Source: an uncultured cyanobacterium
Lineage (GTDB): Bacteria; Cyanobacteriota; Cyanobacteriia; Leptolyngbyales; Leptolyngbyaceae
Direction: 5' to 3'
Assembly: GCA_963766075.1 (NCBI GenBank)
Contig: CAVYAN010000108.1
Location: 1-19,033 of the forward strand
Length of the DNA stretch: 19,033 nt
Under the pieces are notes generated by a model. It saw only the letters and a program-made list of their open reading frames with translations, did not search any database and was not told where the DNA came from. Below, piece by piece: positions 5,744 to 16,018 of this stretch. Numbering within the stretch: position 1 is the stretch's first letter; the number at the start of each line of letters is the position of its first letter. Position numbers and translations under genes: made by a program.

Positions 5744-7297
5744 ATGAGTTTTTTGACCAGTGCGACGGATGTGGCGATCGAGGAAGATTTAAAGCACTTT
5801 TTGGTGATCTTGCTCATTGCCTTAGGTGCGGCGATCCTACCCAAAATTTTTGTCGTTCTGCGGCAGGTGCCTTACACGCTGCTATTAGTCATTGTCGGCC
5901 TGGGCCTAGCCTTGGTTGATGTGCGTCTACTGGACCTTTCGCCGGGACTGATTTTGATGGTGTTTCTGCCGCCTCTGCTGTTTGAAGCGGGCTGGAGTAC
6001 AAAATGGTCAGAACTCCGGCAGGACGTTTTGCCATGCAGTCTCTATGCCGTGGGAGGGGTGCTATTGGCGATCGCGACGGTGGGCTGGGGGCTACACCAA
6101 TTCATGGGTATTCCCTGGATGACGGCCCTCCTGGTGGGAGCCTGCCTCGCAGCCACGGATTCAGCCGCAGTGATCGGCTTATTTCGCGAGGTGGGTGCTG
6201 GCAAGCGATTGACCATGCTCCTCGAAGGAGAAAGCCTGTTTAATGACGGGGCCTCCGTCGTGGCCTTTGGCGTTTTGGTCGAGCTGGCCTTGGACCCTCA
6301 GCCCTTTCAACTTTCGACCACGATTCTCCGCTTTGTCATGGTGACGGGCATCGGGCTGGGACTTGGGGGCGTGATTGGGATCTGTGTCGCATTCCTGACC
6401 CAACGGTATGAATTGAATTGGGTGGAACAAACCTTGACCTTGGCCACCGCCTACGGTACATATTTATTGGTGGAAGAATTGGGCGGATCGGGGGTGATTG
6501 GCGTGGTGACGGCGGGCCTAGTGATTGGCAACTTCAGCGTGCAGACAGGGACGGAACTCGTGAAGCGATCTACCATGATCGAATTTTGGGAGTTTGCCGT
6601 CTTTTTCGTGAATTCGATTCTGTTTCTGCTGCTGGGGGACCAAATTCATCTGCCTAAGCTGATGCAGAATATCCAGACCACGACTCTGACGGTGGGGGCA
6701 ATCGTTGTCTCGCGGGCGATCGCAATTTACGGATTGAGTGCGTTGAGTAACCAGGTGTCTAAAACCAAGATTCCCAGCCCAGAGCAGACGGTGCTCTGGT
6801 GGACAGGGTTGCGCGGTTCGGTGGCGATCGCGTTGGCCCTCAGCATTCCAGTGGCGGTGGCTGGGCGTGACGAAATTATTGCCAACTCCTTTGGTGTAGT
6901 CTGGTTCACGCTTCTGGTGCAGGGGCTAACCGCAAAATGGTTGCTGCAAAAACTCAATCTGTTAGCGGACCAATCCCTGCGGCAACAGTACATCGAGTTG
7001 CTGGCCCGTCGCGAAGCGCTACAGCAGGTCTTGACGCACTTAATGCAGACTTCACCACCCCTAAATCCGGTAGTCTATCAATCGCAACGGGAGTTTGTGG
7101 AAAAACAATTACAGCAATTTCAGATCGACATCACCGAGCTGCAAACCCAGCATCCTCAACTCCACGCCTTTAGCCTTCAACAGCATCAGGAAAAGCTCCT
7201 CGCTGTGGAGTCTGAAATTTATACAAAATTTGTTCAGTCAGGATTGCTCAAAGCACCCTTGGTCCCAGTGATGCCCAAAGCTTTTGATGGGCAATGA
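5744..7297 (+). CDS. CPA1-family (NhaP-like) Na+/H+ antiporter
   Basis: VPYTLLLVIVGL, FLPPLLFEA, ATDSAAV, LEGESLFNDG and GLRGSVAIALAL motifs; SD AGGAG before ATG 5744 (the track start at 5621 is probably too long). Confidence 0.95.
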   Translation: MSFLTSATDVAIEEDLKHFLVILLIALGAAILPKIFVVLRQVPYTLLLVIVGLGLALVDVRLLDLSPGLILMVFLPPLLFEAGWSTKWSELRQDVLPCSLYAVGGVLLAIATVGWGLHQFMGIPWMTALLVGACLAATDSAAVIGLFREVGAGKRLTMLLEGESLFNDGASVVAFGVLVELALDPQPFQLSTTILRFVMVTGIGLGLGGVIGICVAFLTQRYELNWVEQTLTLATAYGTYLLVEELGGSGVIGVVTAGLVIGNFSVQTGTELVKRSTMIEFWEFAVFFVNSILFLLLGDQIHLPKLMQNIQTTTLTVGAIVVSRAIAIYGLSALSNQVSKTKIPSPEQTVLWWTGLRGSVAIALALSIPVAVAGRDEIIANSFGVVWFTLLVQGLTAKWLLQKLNLLADQSLRQQYIELLARREALQQVLTHLMQTSPPLNPVVYQSQREFVEKQLQQFQIDITELQTQHPQLHAFSLQQHQEKLLAVESEIYTKFVQSGLLKAPLVPVMPKAFDGQ

Positions 7298-7390
7298 TCG
7301 ATCACGATCTAACTTAAAATTGTGATTAACCGATAATTCGGTGTGTCACAATCTAAAAAACCTTTAATCATCGTGCTGGGGGTGTTTACT

Positions 7391-7693
7391 ATGGCAGGAA
7401 TCACTGATCCAGAAGGCGAACAGCGGTCAGTAAAATGGGCCAAAGAACAGACTGATGTTATCCAACTAATTCATGCCTATAAACGTTGGTATAGCTGGGC
7501 AGATGCCAATGAATGGGTGGCAGGCAATGCCCTGCTGGAGCAGATTGGCGCGTGTGCCGCAGGCAATGCCGAGGCGATCAAGTTTCTCCAGGGTGAGGTA
7601 TCGAAGCATAATGGCTCCAGGTCAAAGGCTGATGCATATTTGAGGCAGGCTGCCATGAGCGCTTTATTTGCAGCCAAGCAGGGCAACCCGTAG
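7391..7693 (+). CDS. hypothetical protein (~100 aa)
   Basis: ORF 7343..7693; ATG 7391 follows GGGGGTG; no recognised motif. Confidence 0.65.
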   Translation: MAGITDPEGEQRSVKWAKEQTDVIQLIHAYKRWYSWADANEWVAGNALLEQIGACAAGNAEAIKFLQGEVSKHNGSRSKADAYLRQAAMSALFAAKQGNP

Positions 7694-7816
7694 GAGATCG
7701 CTGCGATTTAAGCCATTGCTGACCGCAAAGTGGTGAGAGATCAGGATCACCATGTCCTTGTCAAAGCCAAGTCAAAGCCAATCGGCTCTACCGGTGACTG
7801 TCTGGTATGGCTGTCC

Positions 7817-8017
7817 TCAGCGCGGCTGGCATTTGCCCGCTCGAATAAGTCCGACTCGGCGGGCGATCGCCGCTGCCTGGGAATCAAATGGTCCCCAGCG
7901 TTTCTCTGCGGGTGGGTTGTCCAACCCCGTTTCGGCTTCTGGCAGATTGGCTTCTGGCAGAATAATGCAATGGCCGGTTTCTGCTTTCACGATATACCAT
8001 GCTTCAGCGGCACTCAT
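7817..8017 (-). CDS. conserved small cyanobacterial protein (WYIVK..G.C..WGPF.S..AIARRVGLIRAGKCQP)
   Basis: Recognisable conserved 66-aa pattern; SD AGGAG upstream. Confidence 0.85.
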   Translation of the reverse strand: MSAAEAWYIVKAETGHCIILPEANLPEAETGLDNPPAEKRWGPFDSQAAAIARRVGLIRAGKCQPR

Positions 8018-8229
8018 GGCTTCTAGCTCCTATCGGACGGGTGAAGGGGTGAAATCTTAAAAGAGACGCGACATCTAGCGTCCCTACGTCTTTATTCTCG
8101 CCGTTCTCCTCCATATCTTTACAATTTTTCAGGCAAATTTGCCGAAATTGTCGGTGATTCATGCGATCGAATTGCCCGAATCTTCTATACTGCATGGGTA
8201 CTTTGTCGCCACCCCAGGGATACGGACCT

Positions 8230-9264
8230 ATGTCTCAGGATGACCGCAGCAGCCAAACCCTTCAGGACACAGCCGTTCAGACTGTTTCAGAATCCACTCC
8301 GACAGCAATTTCGCCGTGGGAAGGCTTCCCGGAACCCGGTGAGTTGGCCGTCCAGTCCTACGCCGATCGCCTGATGGACGATCTGTTTACCGAGATGGAG
8401 GAGTCCCTGGAACGCGGCAGCACACTATCCAACGAGACGGTCCAACCAGAGCCGCCGATCGCCTCGACCAATCAGCTCCAGCAGATGGTTTTAGCCGCGT
8501 TTCAACAACGCCGCCAAGCGGAAGTGGCTCAACTGGACGATGCCCGCTCCGGCGTGAGTGACTTGGTGGCGGCGGCGGCCGTATCTCCCGCACCGCCGCC
8601 GAAGCCGCCATCTCCCGCGCCATTCAGCTTTGATCGGTTCCTTTTGGTGATGGGCGGTGTCGCCATCACAGCCACGGGGATTCTGTGGGTGGTCACGCGT
8701 TCCTTCAATCCAACTACGCCAGTGGCTCAAGCGCCCGCCCCCCAGACTTCCAGCCCGGAAAATGCCTTTGGTGACTATGTGAAGCAATCCTTGCAAGCGA
8801 TCGCGGCCAAGTCTCCCTTTCCCTCATCATCGGGGCCGAACCCCACACCCAATGGCACAATCCCTGCGGTAACCGTTTCCCCCGGACCATCGAGTCCAGC
8901 AACGTCCCCCAGTCCGCAGCGGCCTGCCATTGGATTAAGTCGGATGGTGCCGCCTGCGCCGCTGCCACAGGTGCCAACGGGGCCACAGACTGCTCCTGCG
9001 GCCCCAGGGTTCATGGCTTCGGGAACACCTCTGCCGCCCGCTGGGGGGATGGCAAATGCGGGGGTAGTGCGCAGTTTAGTTGGGGTGATGCAATTGGGCG
9101 ATCGCTCTGCCGCCCTAATCGAAACCAATGGGATTGCTCAGCGCATTCGCGTCGGTGAAAGTATCGGCTCTAGTGGCTGGACCCTGGTTGATGTTTCTAA
9201 GGATCAGGCGGTGATTCGGCGCAATGGCGAGGTGCGATCGATCTTTATTGGTCAAACGTTTTAA
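8230..9264 (+). CDS. membrane-anchored Pro-rich protein with C-terminal GspC/PilP-like beta domain
   Basis: YADRLMDDLF N-terminal motif, one TM segment, Pro-rich linker, and LVGVMQLGDRSAALIETNG..RIRVGESIGSSGWTLV..RRNGEVRSIFIG. Start uncertain (8161/8194/8230). Confidence 0.8.
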   Translation: MSQDDRSSQTLQDTAVQTVSESTPTAISPWEGFPEPGELAVQSYADRLMDDLFTEMEESLERGSTLSNETVQPEPPIASTNQLQQMVLAAFQQRRQAEVAQLDDARSGVSDLVAAAAVSPAPPPKPPSPAPFSFDRFLLVMGGVAITATGILWVVTRSFNPTTPVAQAPAPQTSSPENAFGDYVKQSLQAIAAKSPFPSSSGPNPTPNGTIPAVTVSPGPSSPATSPSPQRPAIGLSRMVPPAPLPQVPTGPQTAPAAPGFMASGTPLPPAGGMANAGVVRSLVGVMQLGDRSAALIETNGIAQRIRVGESIGSSGWTLVDVSKDQAVIRRNGEVRSIFIGQTF

Positions 9265-9307
9265 ATGCGCCGTTTTAAATGCGAGTGGCCGAAGAGTTTG
9301 CCCGAGG

Positions 9308-10162
9308 TCAGTGCCAGCGCAACGTCGGCAAGATTTGATGCTGCCAAACTTCTAGTAAAGGAATTGTGTCCGCAGGGTTAGCTGTCTCCTGATTTTCTGT
9401 TATTTGGCGATGTGCTGCTGCCAATACCTCAAGCATCAGAGGTGTACCTAACTCAATCGCTTCCAGGACGGATCGCTGGGTAAAGACATGGGCCGGTGGG
9501 CCTTCCAATAGCAAACATCCCTGATCCATAACAAAGACCCAATCCGCCCAGCGATAGACAAAATCTAAATCGTGCGTGGCCATCAGAATCGTGGTGCCCG
9601 CCGCTAGGATAGTTTTGAGGGTGGCAATCAGGTTGCGGGTGTGGCGTGGATCCAAATAGGCGGTAGGCTCATCCAGCAGCAGCAAGGTTGGCTGTAGGAC
9701 CATAACATCGGCAATGGAAACTCGCTTTTTTTGTCCGAGGCTGAGGTGATGAATTGGCGTGTGGGCTAGGGCTATCAGATCAAAGGTTTCTAAGGCTTGA
9801 TGAGTGCGCTGGGCAACGATCGCATCGGGCAATCCCTGGTTGCAAAGCCCATAGGAAATATCTTCTTCGACCGTAGACGCAACCAGTTGTTGCTCTGGGT
9901 CCTGGAACACGAGGCCAATGTGCTGACGTAATTGATTCAGTGCGGCCCGACCATAGTCTAAGGGTTGGCCTTGCCAGCGAATGATCCCGCGCTGCGGTTT
10001 ATATAAACCATTGGCTAATAGAAACAGCGTCGTTTTGCCACAGCCATTTTGGCCAATCAACGCACAGCGTTTGCCCACTGGAATGGATAGGTTGAGATCG
10101 GCGATCGCCGGGTTCGCACATCCAGGATAGGTGTAATTGACCCGCTCAAATTCCAATAGCAT
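9308..10162 (-). CDS. cbiO: ECF cobalt transporter ATPase
   Basis: Walker A GQNGCGKTT, Q-loop FQDPEQQL, LSLGQKKR, LLLDEPT, THD; operon context. Confidence 0.95.
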   Translation of the reverse strand: MLLEFERVNYTYPGCANPAIADLNLSIPVGKRCALIGQNGCGKTTLFLLANGLYKPQRGIIRWQGQPLDYGRAALNQLRQHIGLVFQDPEQQLVASTVEEDISYGLCNQGLPDAIVAQRTHQALETFDLIALAHTPIHHLSLGQKKRVSIADVMVLQPTLLLLDEPTAYLDPRHTRNLIATLKTILAAGTTILMATHDLDFVYRWADWVFVMDQGCLLLEGPPAHVFTQRSVLEAIELGTPLMLEVLAAAHRQITENQETANPADTIPLLEVWQHQILPTLRWH

Positions 10163-10993
10163 GGCTCCACCCCGTTAATCCCAGCAGCACCGTATAGCCC
10201 ATGAGCGCCTCCAGGCAATAGCGGCGCGATCGCACATAGTGCCGTGAATGCCACACGCGCAAGTCTCCGGCAAAGCCCCGAGCCGCTAAACTTAGAGAAA
10301 TTTGGCGGTAATGGATTAATGTGCGCTGGAGCAACTGCCCCACCAGAATGCCCAAGCTAGACATACTGAGCTTCCAAGTGCGGTAGCCATTGCGAGAAAC
10401 CTGAGCCGTCCGCAATTCCCTAGCCGTGCGGAGTACCGTAAAAATAAACCGATACATTAACAATAACAAGTCTGTCAGTAGCGTTGGACAATGACAACGT
10501 CGTAATATCTGCACTAATTCGATCACTGGAATTGTCAAGAAAATAAAATAGAGACACGAGGTTGCAGCGATCGCCCGCACACCCACATCCATCGCTTGTT
10601 GGAGCCCTTGCCGACTGAGGTAGAGCACATAATTTCCCCAGACGATGCTGCCCCCCGTGAACCCATGCCCCGTAAATCTGTGCCCCGTGAATCCGTGCCA
10701 ATATCCGACTGGACCGCACTCATCTGATCAATCCCGACACTGCCAATCACAAGCCCAGGCAGGCTGCTGCCCCAAAAGCCCAGGGGGATGGCTAACAGTT
10801 TGCCGTAGGCCGCAGCGGGAATGCGGGCATAACCAACGATCCACAGGGCCAACCACAGCGCAATCAAACATTGCACCCCGCGTGCGGCAACATTGCTTAA
10901 CAGGAGGAGGGCGATCGCAAAGACCAACTTATCTCCCGGCGGCACCTGTCGCAGCCGATTGGTATAGGCCAAGGTATCAATCTGCAGTGTCAT
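10146..10993 (-). pseudogene. cbiQ: ECF cobalt transporter T component, split by a 1-nt deletion (best placed at 10700-10701)
   Basis: The N-half MTLQIDTLAYTNRLR..PGDKLVFA (ATG 10993, overlapping the cbiN stop) and the C-half LLMYRFIF..AQVSRNGY..SLAARGF are in different frames. Confidence 0.88.
10653..10697 (+). repeat. 3 x 15-bp tandem repeat inside cbiQ
   Basis: CCCCGTGAACCCATG / CCCCGTAAATCTGTG / CCCCGTGAATCCGTG. Confidence 0.9.
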
Positions 10994-11282
10994 CGTGTCG
11001 GCGCTCTGCGCGTCCCTTATACAGCCCAATCACAAATCCCAGCACCCCGGCCCCCAGAGCAGCTTGCGCAGCGAACAATAAACTCGCCACCTCGCTACTG
11101 GGCGGCTCCAGCAGAGGATTAAACCAAGGCTGATACGCAGGACTCAGTTCCTGAATGGCACCTTGAGCTTGATTGTCGGCCCCACCGTACTCACCCCGCA
11201 CAAAAACTAAGGGGAACACGGCCAGCCCGACCACAGCCATGACCAACAGCCAGTTCTGGGTCGCCGATGCTTGCTTGGACAT
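10977..11282 (-). CDS. cbiN: cobalt transport protein CbiN
   Basis: EYGGADNQA..YQPWFNPLLEPPSSEVASLLFAAQAALGAG motif. Confidence 0.96.
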   Translation of the reverse strand: MSKQASATQNWLLVMAVVGLAVFPLVFVRGEYGGADNQAQGAIQELSPAYQPWFNPLLEPPSSEVASLLFAAQAALGAGVLGFVIGLYKGRAERRHDDTAD

Positions 11283-11285
11283 AAT

Positions 11286-12044
11286 CTAGTTCTCCTGCTT
11301 GAGTAGCTTCAGCGTTTCCAATTCCTGGCGACCATAGGACTGTAGCCAGTTCCACACCAGCACCGTCAGCAACCCTTCGCTGATGGCGAGGGGAATTTGG
11401 GTGAGCGCAAAAATCCCAGCAAATTTGCCAAAGGCGGCGAGAAATCCACCCTGGGCCGCTGGAAACGCCAAGGCCAGTTGGAAAGACGTCATCACATAGG
11501 TCAACAAATCTGCGAGGGCAGCGGCCAAGAATATCGCCAGCTTTTGGCGACCTGTCTGTGACACCACCCGATAGACCAAATAAGCCACCCAAGGGCCCAC
11601 GATCGCCATCGAAACCATATTGGCCCCCAGGGTCGTTAACCCGCCGTGGGCCAGCAGTACCGCTTGAAACACCAGCACCAATCCCCCCAACACCGACATC
11701 ACGGAAGGACCCAATAAAATTGCCCCCAAGCCCGTGCCCGTGGGGTGAGAACAACTGCCCGTGACCGACGGAATTTTCAGGGCGGAGAGCACAAAGGTAA
11801 AAGCACCAGCCAAAGCCAAGAGCAGCTTTAATTCGGGGTGTTGCTGGGTGATGCGGGTCAGCGATCGCAGGCCCACCCCCACAAACGGCAAGGCCACGAG
11901 CCACCAAAAAATCGCCCAAGGCGCAGGCAAAAACCCCTCCGCAATGTGCATGGCGTAGGCAGGCGTGGCCGCACCCACGACTAAATAAAAACTCAACGCC
12001 GCCATCAGCCCCAAGCTCATGGCTTTTTGCAATCTTTTTGTCAC
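11286..12044 (-). CDS. cbiM: ECF cobalt transporter S component CbiM with signal peptide
   Basis: [12 protein letters not shown] mature N-terminus, GSCSHPTG and [14 protein letters not shown] 12044 follows GCGAGG (the track start at 12080 abuts the riboswitch aptamer). Confidence 0.96.
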   Translation of the reverse strand: MTKRLQKAMSLGLMAALSFYLVVGAATPAYAMHIAEGFLPAPWAIFWWLVALPFVGVGLRSLTRITQQHPELKLLLALAGAFTFVLSALKIPSVTGSCSHPTGTGLGAILLGPSVMSVLGGLVLVFQAVLLAHGGLTTLGANMVSMAIVGPWVAYLVYRVVSQTGRQKLAIFLAAALADLLTYVMTSFQLALAFPAAQGGFLAAFGKFAGIFALTQIPLAISEGLLTVLVWNWLQSYGRQELETLKLLKQEN

Positions 12045-12080
12045 TCTGTACCTCGCAGATGAGACGGAGAAAATAATCAA

Positions 12081-12262
12081 TCGACGGGCGTTCTGACTTA
12101 CAATCTTTAGATTTTAGATTTTGGATGGTGCTGATGGGCGCTAATTCAAAATCTAAACTCTAAAATTGGCTTACAGTTGCGGGACAGTGTTGGACTTTCA
12201 CCAAAGCTTTCCCCCGGTGGCGAAACCCCGTGCCATATAGCCAGGGAAACCTAGACCACCGC
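12081..12262 (-). ncRNA. cobalamin riboswitch upstream of cbiMNQO
   Basis: Minus strand: AGGTTTCCC..GGGGAAAGCTTTGGTGAAAGTCCAACACTGTCCCGCAACTGTAA..AAGTCAGAACGCCCG (B12 box). A downstream TCTG-CGAGGTA-CAGA hairpin presents the SD. Confidence 0.93.
12101..12168. repeat. STRR-like heptamer inverted repeat (TTTTAGA / AAAATCT units) inside the riboswitch
   Basis: CAATCTTTAGATTTTAGATTTTGGAT..ATTCAAAATCTAAACTCTAAAATTG. Confidence 0.75.
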
Positions 12263-12452
12263 TTAACAGGTGTTCCCTGCTAAAGGCGATTGAATAGACT
12301 ACACTCTACAGCACTTTCAAGAACTTCGCGGCGATTCGCGGGGAACAGATTTACAATTTGTATTGATTTGAGGGGCACGGGCTGTCCGCGGGCATAGGCT
12401 GTCGGCAACTGAGTTTTTAGGCATTTTGCGTTTTCGGGGAAATGGACAATTA

Positions 12453-13656
12453 ATGATGCAGAAGTGGCTGGCAGTGGTGGGAATTGGTGAAGATGGAGTA
12501 TCGGGACTGAGTGCGATCGCCCGCTCTCTGGTAGAGAATGCAACGGTTCTCGTGGGAGGCGATCGCCATCTGCGGTTAGTGCCCGAGGATGATCGCGAAC
12601 GATTGGTTTGGACTTCTCCAATCGATGATTCTGTTGATGAAATCTTACGGCGCAGGGGACAATCTGTTTGTGTCTTAGCCAGTGGTGATCCAATGTGTTA
12701 TGGCATTGGGGCCACCTTGACACGCCGCATTTCTGTAGCAGAAATGACCTTGATACCGGCCCCGTCCACCTTTAGTTTGATGTGTGCCCGTTTGGGCTGG
12801 TCTTTGGCTGAGGTGGAAACCTTAAGCCTGTGCGGTCGTCCGGTGGCCCTGCTGCAAACTTGCCTCTATCCGGGGGCAAAGGTGCTGCTTCTGAGTGCCG
12901 GACGGCAGACTCCAGGGCAGGTGGCCCAGGCTTTGGTACAGCAAGGGTTTGGCCCTACCCAGATGACGGTGTTTGAACATTTGGGTGGGCCACAGGAGCG
13001 CCTAGTCAGCGGCACAGCGGGGACTTGGGCGCAGATGAATTTGGCCGACTTAAATGCGATCGCCCTAGACTGCCAGACGGCTCCGGGGGTACAGCCTCTG
13101 AGCATGCACGCCGGGACTGCCCGACTCGGCCTATCACCACGATGGCCAATTGACAAAGCATGAAGTGCGGGCCGTGACGTTATCGGCCTTAGCACCGCTG
13201 CCGGGAGAGTTGCTGTGGGATGTGGGGGCAGGCTGTGGCTCCATTAGCATTGAATGGATGCGCAGTCATCGCCGCTGTCAGGCGATCGCCATTGAAAAAT
13301 CGCGATCGCACGATATTGCCGACAATGCGATCGCCCTGGGTGTGCCTCACTTAAGAGTTGTGTCTGGAACCGCCCCGACGGCCCTCCAAGACTTGCCATC
13401 GCCCGCCGCCATCTTCATTGGGGGCGGAGCCACCACCCCCGGTTTATTTGACACCTGTTGGGCTGCATTGCCCGTCGGGGGCCGCATGGTGGCCAATGTG
13501 GTCACCCTGGAAGGAGAACAAAAACTGTTTGAGTGGCAACAAAGCGTTGGCGGTAGTTTAACCCGCGTTAGCATCCAGCGGGCCGAGGCGATCGGCACGT
13601 TTTTAGGGTGGAAACCCTTGGCCACGGTCACGCAGTGGGCGGTGGTAAAAGAGTAG
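12453..13656 (+). pseudogene. cbiET: bifunctional precorrin-6Y C5,15-methyltransferase CbiE/CbiT (CobL), split by a +1 frameshift near 13100
   Basis: CbiE motifs VVGIGEDG and LASGDPMCYGIG. The linker TPGLPDSAYHHDGQLTKHEVRAVTLSAL lies in the downstream frame from 13102, followed by LWDVGAGCGSISIEW and IFIGGG. Confidence 0.9.
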
Positions 13657-13694
13657 GGCGTTTGGCTTGGATGTTGAATCCAAGCCAAACGCCC
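13656..13694. terminator. 17-bp perfect hairpin between convergent cbiET and leuA
   Basis: GGGCGTTTGGCTTGGAT-GTTGA-ATCCAAGCCAAACGCCC. Confidence 0.8.
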
Positions 13695-13701
13695 CGCGCC
13701 C

Positions 13702-15339
13702 CTAGACTGTTGCCCCGGCGACCTCTTGCTGCTGCGGTTGGGGGGTTTGGATCACTAAATATAAGCGATTCAGAGCGTTCACATAGGCATGGGCGGAAGC
13801 GACGATAATATCGGTGTTGGCGGCCCGCCCCGAAAAGATGCGATCGCCATGCTTGAGACGAATCGTCACCTCGCCAATGGCATCAATTCCGGCGGTGACC
13901 GACTGCACCGAATACTCAATCAACTGGTTCGGCACATTGACCACCCGGTTAATGGCTTTGTAAATCGCATCCACCGGGCCTGTCCCCGTCGAGGCATCGG
14001 TGAGTTCGTTACCCTCAGGGGTGCGAATCGTGACCGTTGCGGTCGGGCGCGCTTGGTTGCCACAGGACACCTGCACCAGTTCCAAGCGGAATAATTCCGG
14101 GGGCTGCTGAATTTCGTCATTGACGATCGCCTCCAGATCCCAATCGGTAATCTCCCGTTTTTTATCAGCCAGTTCTTTAAACCGCACAAAGGCCCGATTC
14201 AAGTCCTGCTCCGACAATTCAAAGCCCAATTCCTTCAGGCGGGTTCGGAAAGCATTGCGTCCGGACAGCTTACCCAAAGTAATCTGGTTGTCGTTCAGCC
14301 CAATGGACTGGGCATCCATGATTTCGTAGGTGAGGCGATTTTTCAGCACCCCATCCTGGTGAATACCCGACTCATGGGCAAAGGCGTTGGCCCCGACGAT
14401 CGCTTTATTCGGTTGCACCAGCATCCCGGTGGAGTTAGACACCAAGCGAGAGGTTTTGTAGATTTCCCGCGTATTAATCTGGGTCAGGGGGGCATCACTG
14501 TCCACCGGACGGCCCAAAAATGGATTAAAGTACTGCCGCCGCACATGCAGTGCCATCACCAATTCCTCTAGGGCCGCGTTACCCGCCCGCTCGCCAATGC
14601 CATTAATTGTGCATTCCAATTGTCGAGCCCCGTGCTTTACCGCTTCCAGGAAATTAGCTACAGCCAAACCCAGGTCATTGTGTCCGTGGACGGAAATCAC
14701 GGCCCGATCAATGTTGCGCACATTTTTCTTAATGCCACCAATCAGTGCGCCAAACTCGGCGGGGGTGGTGTAGCCCACGGTGTCGGGAATGTTGATCGTC
14801 GTTGCCCCAGCATCAATCACCGCTTCCAAAATGGCGTAGAGAAATTCCGGATCAGAGCGCCCTGCATCCTCCGGGGAAAATTCAATGTCATCAAAGAATG
14901 ACTTGGCATAGGCCACCATATCGGGAGCGATCGCCAGTACCTCTTGGCGCGTCTTCTTGAGCTTGTACTCCATGTGGATGTCAGAAGTGGCCAAGAAAGT
15001 ATGAATCCGGGGCTTGGCGGCTGGCTTTAAGGCGCGGGCGGCGGCTTCGATATCCGGACGGTTGGCCCGTGCCAAGCCGCAAATGATGGGGCCATTCTCG
15101 GTGCCCACCTGGTCGGCAATCCGCTGCACGGCTTCAAAATCACCCAGGCTGGAATAGGGGAACCCCGCTTCGATAATGTCTACACCCAGTCGAGCTAGCT
15201 GGCGGGCGATCGCAAGTTTTTCCTCAAGGTTGAGTGCCGCCCCAGGGGACTGTTCGCCATCCCGCAGGGTGGTATCGAAAATCAAAATGCGATCGCTTGG
15301 GGTCTCCTGGGGAGACGCTGCACCAGACTGAGTGTTCAT
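13702..15339 (-). CDS. leuA: 2-isopropylmalate synthase
   Basis: [44 protein letters not shown] and the regulatory domain GTGPVDA. Confidence 0.98.
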   Translation of the reverse strand: MNTQSGAASPQETPSDRILIFDTTLRDGEQSPGAALNLEEKLAIARQLARLGVDIIEAGFPYSSLGDFEAVQRIADQVGTENGPIICGLARANRPDIEAAARALKPAAKPRIHTFLATSDIHMEYKLKKTRQEVLAIAPDMVAYAKSFFDDIEFSPEDAGRSDPEFLYAILEAVIDAGATTINIPDTVGYTTPAEFGALIGGIKKNVRNIDRAVISVHGHNDLGLAVANFLEAVKHGARQLECTINGIGERAGNAALEELVMALHVRRQYFNPFLGRPVDSDAPLTQINTREIYKTSRLVSNSTGMLVQPNKAIVGANAFAHESGIHQDGVLKNRLTYEIMDAQSIGLNDNQITLGKLSGRNAFRTRLKELGFELSEQDLNRAFVRFKELADKKREITDWDLEAIVNDEIQQPPELFRLELVQVSCGNQARPTATVTIRTPEGNELTDASTGTGPVDAIYKAINRVVNVPNQLIEYSVQSVTAGIDAIGEVTIRLKHGDRIFSGRAANTDIIVASAHAYVNALNRLYLVIQTPQPQQQEVAGATV

Positions 15340-15581
15340 ACCATTTATTTCCAGTGAATCAATAATGAAATGACGTAATTAACCATTTCATTATTCTAAG
15401 CATTCTTTCGCGGTCCTTGGCAGGAAAATCCGCGATCGGGACGGAATAATCGGGACGGGATATAAGTTGCCATCGGTTTCGGGAATCCCTACTGACTCCA
15501 TTGAATTCACTGATGGCCTTGTGCTGCTCTACTACATGTGCTGCTCTACTACAGGCTGCCCCACCTACGGGAGGTTAAGCA

Positions 15582-15917
15582 ATGTTTCCTACATCCTCGG
15601 TTGACGTTAAACGGTTTTCTGCCCCCATGCCTGCGTTGGTCGAAGAAACGATTACTACGCGCCATCGCGGTTGGGTGAAATTTGAAGGGACGTATTGGTT
15701 CGCAAAATTCTATGATCCGGGCACGACCGTCGTGGCGTTGCCGGGAGCGGTGGTGAACGTGGTGGCTCGAGAGAAGAATACGCTGCTGGTGGTCCCGAAG
15801 GATGATTTGGCTGCTGTGGAGTTTATGAGTTCTACAGAGGTCAATCGCTTCACCCAGACGGATCTTCCTGAGGCTATTCCAGCAAAACTACACAGCAAAA
15901 CCATCTATGTCGTCTGA
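15582..15917 (+). CDS. stand-alone NfeD-like C-terminal (OB-fold) protein
   Basis: G.VKFEGTYW.A..PG..V.VVARE.NTLLVVP; SD GGAGG upstream. Confidence 0.85.
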   Translation: MFPTSSVDVKRFSAPMPALVEETITTRHRGWVKFEGTYWFAKFYDPGTTVVALPGAVVNVVAREKNTLLVVPKDDLAAVEFMSSTEVNRFTQTDLPEAIPAKLHSKTIYVV

Positions 15918-16018
15918 GGCGCGGATCGCTTGAGATGCAGGTCGTTTAAGACTCTTTAAGGCGCGGACGGTCTAGTGCCATCCGGTCTAGTACCATCCGC
16001 GCTCCCCAGCATTTCTCA

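Noticed and set aside
7817..8017. Transposase label sometimes attached to this small protein family
   Set aside because: Only 66 aa, with no DDE motif, terminal repeats or target duplication.
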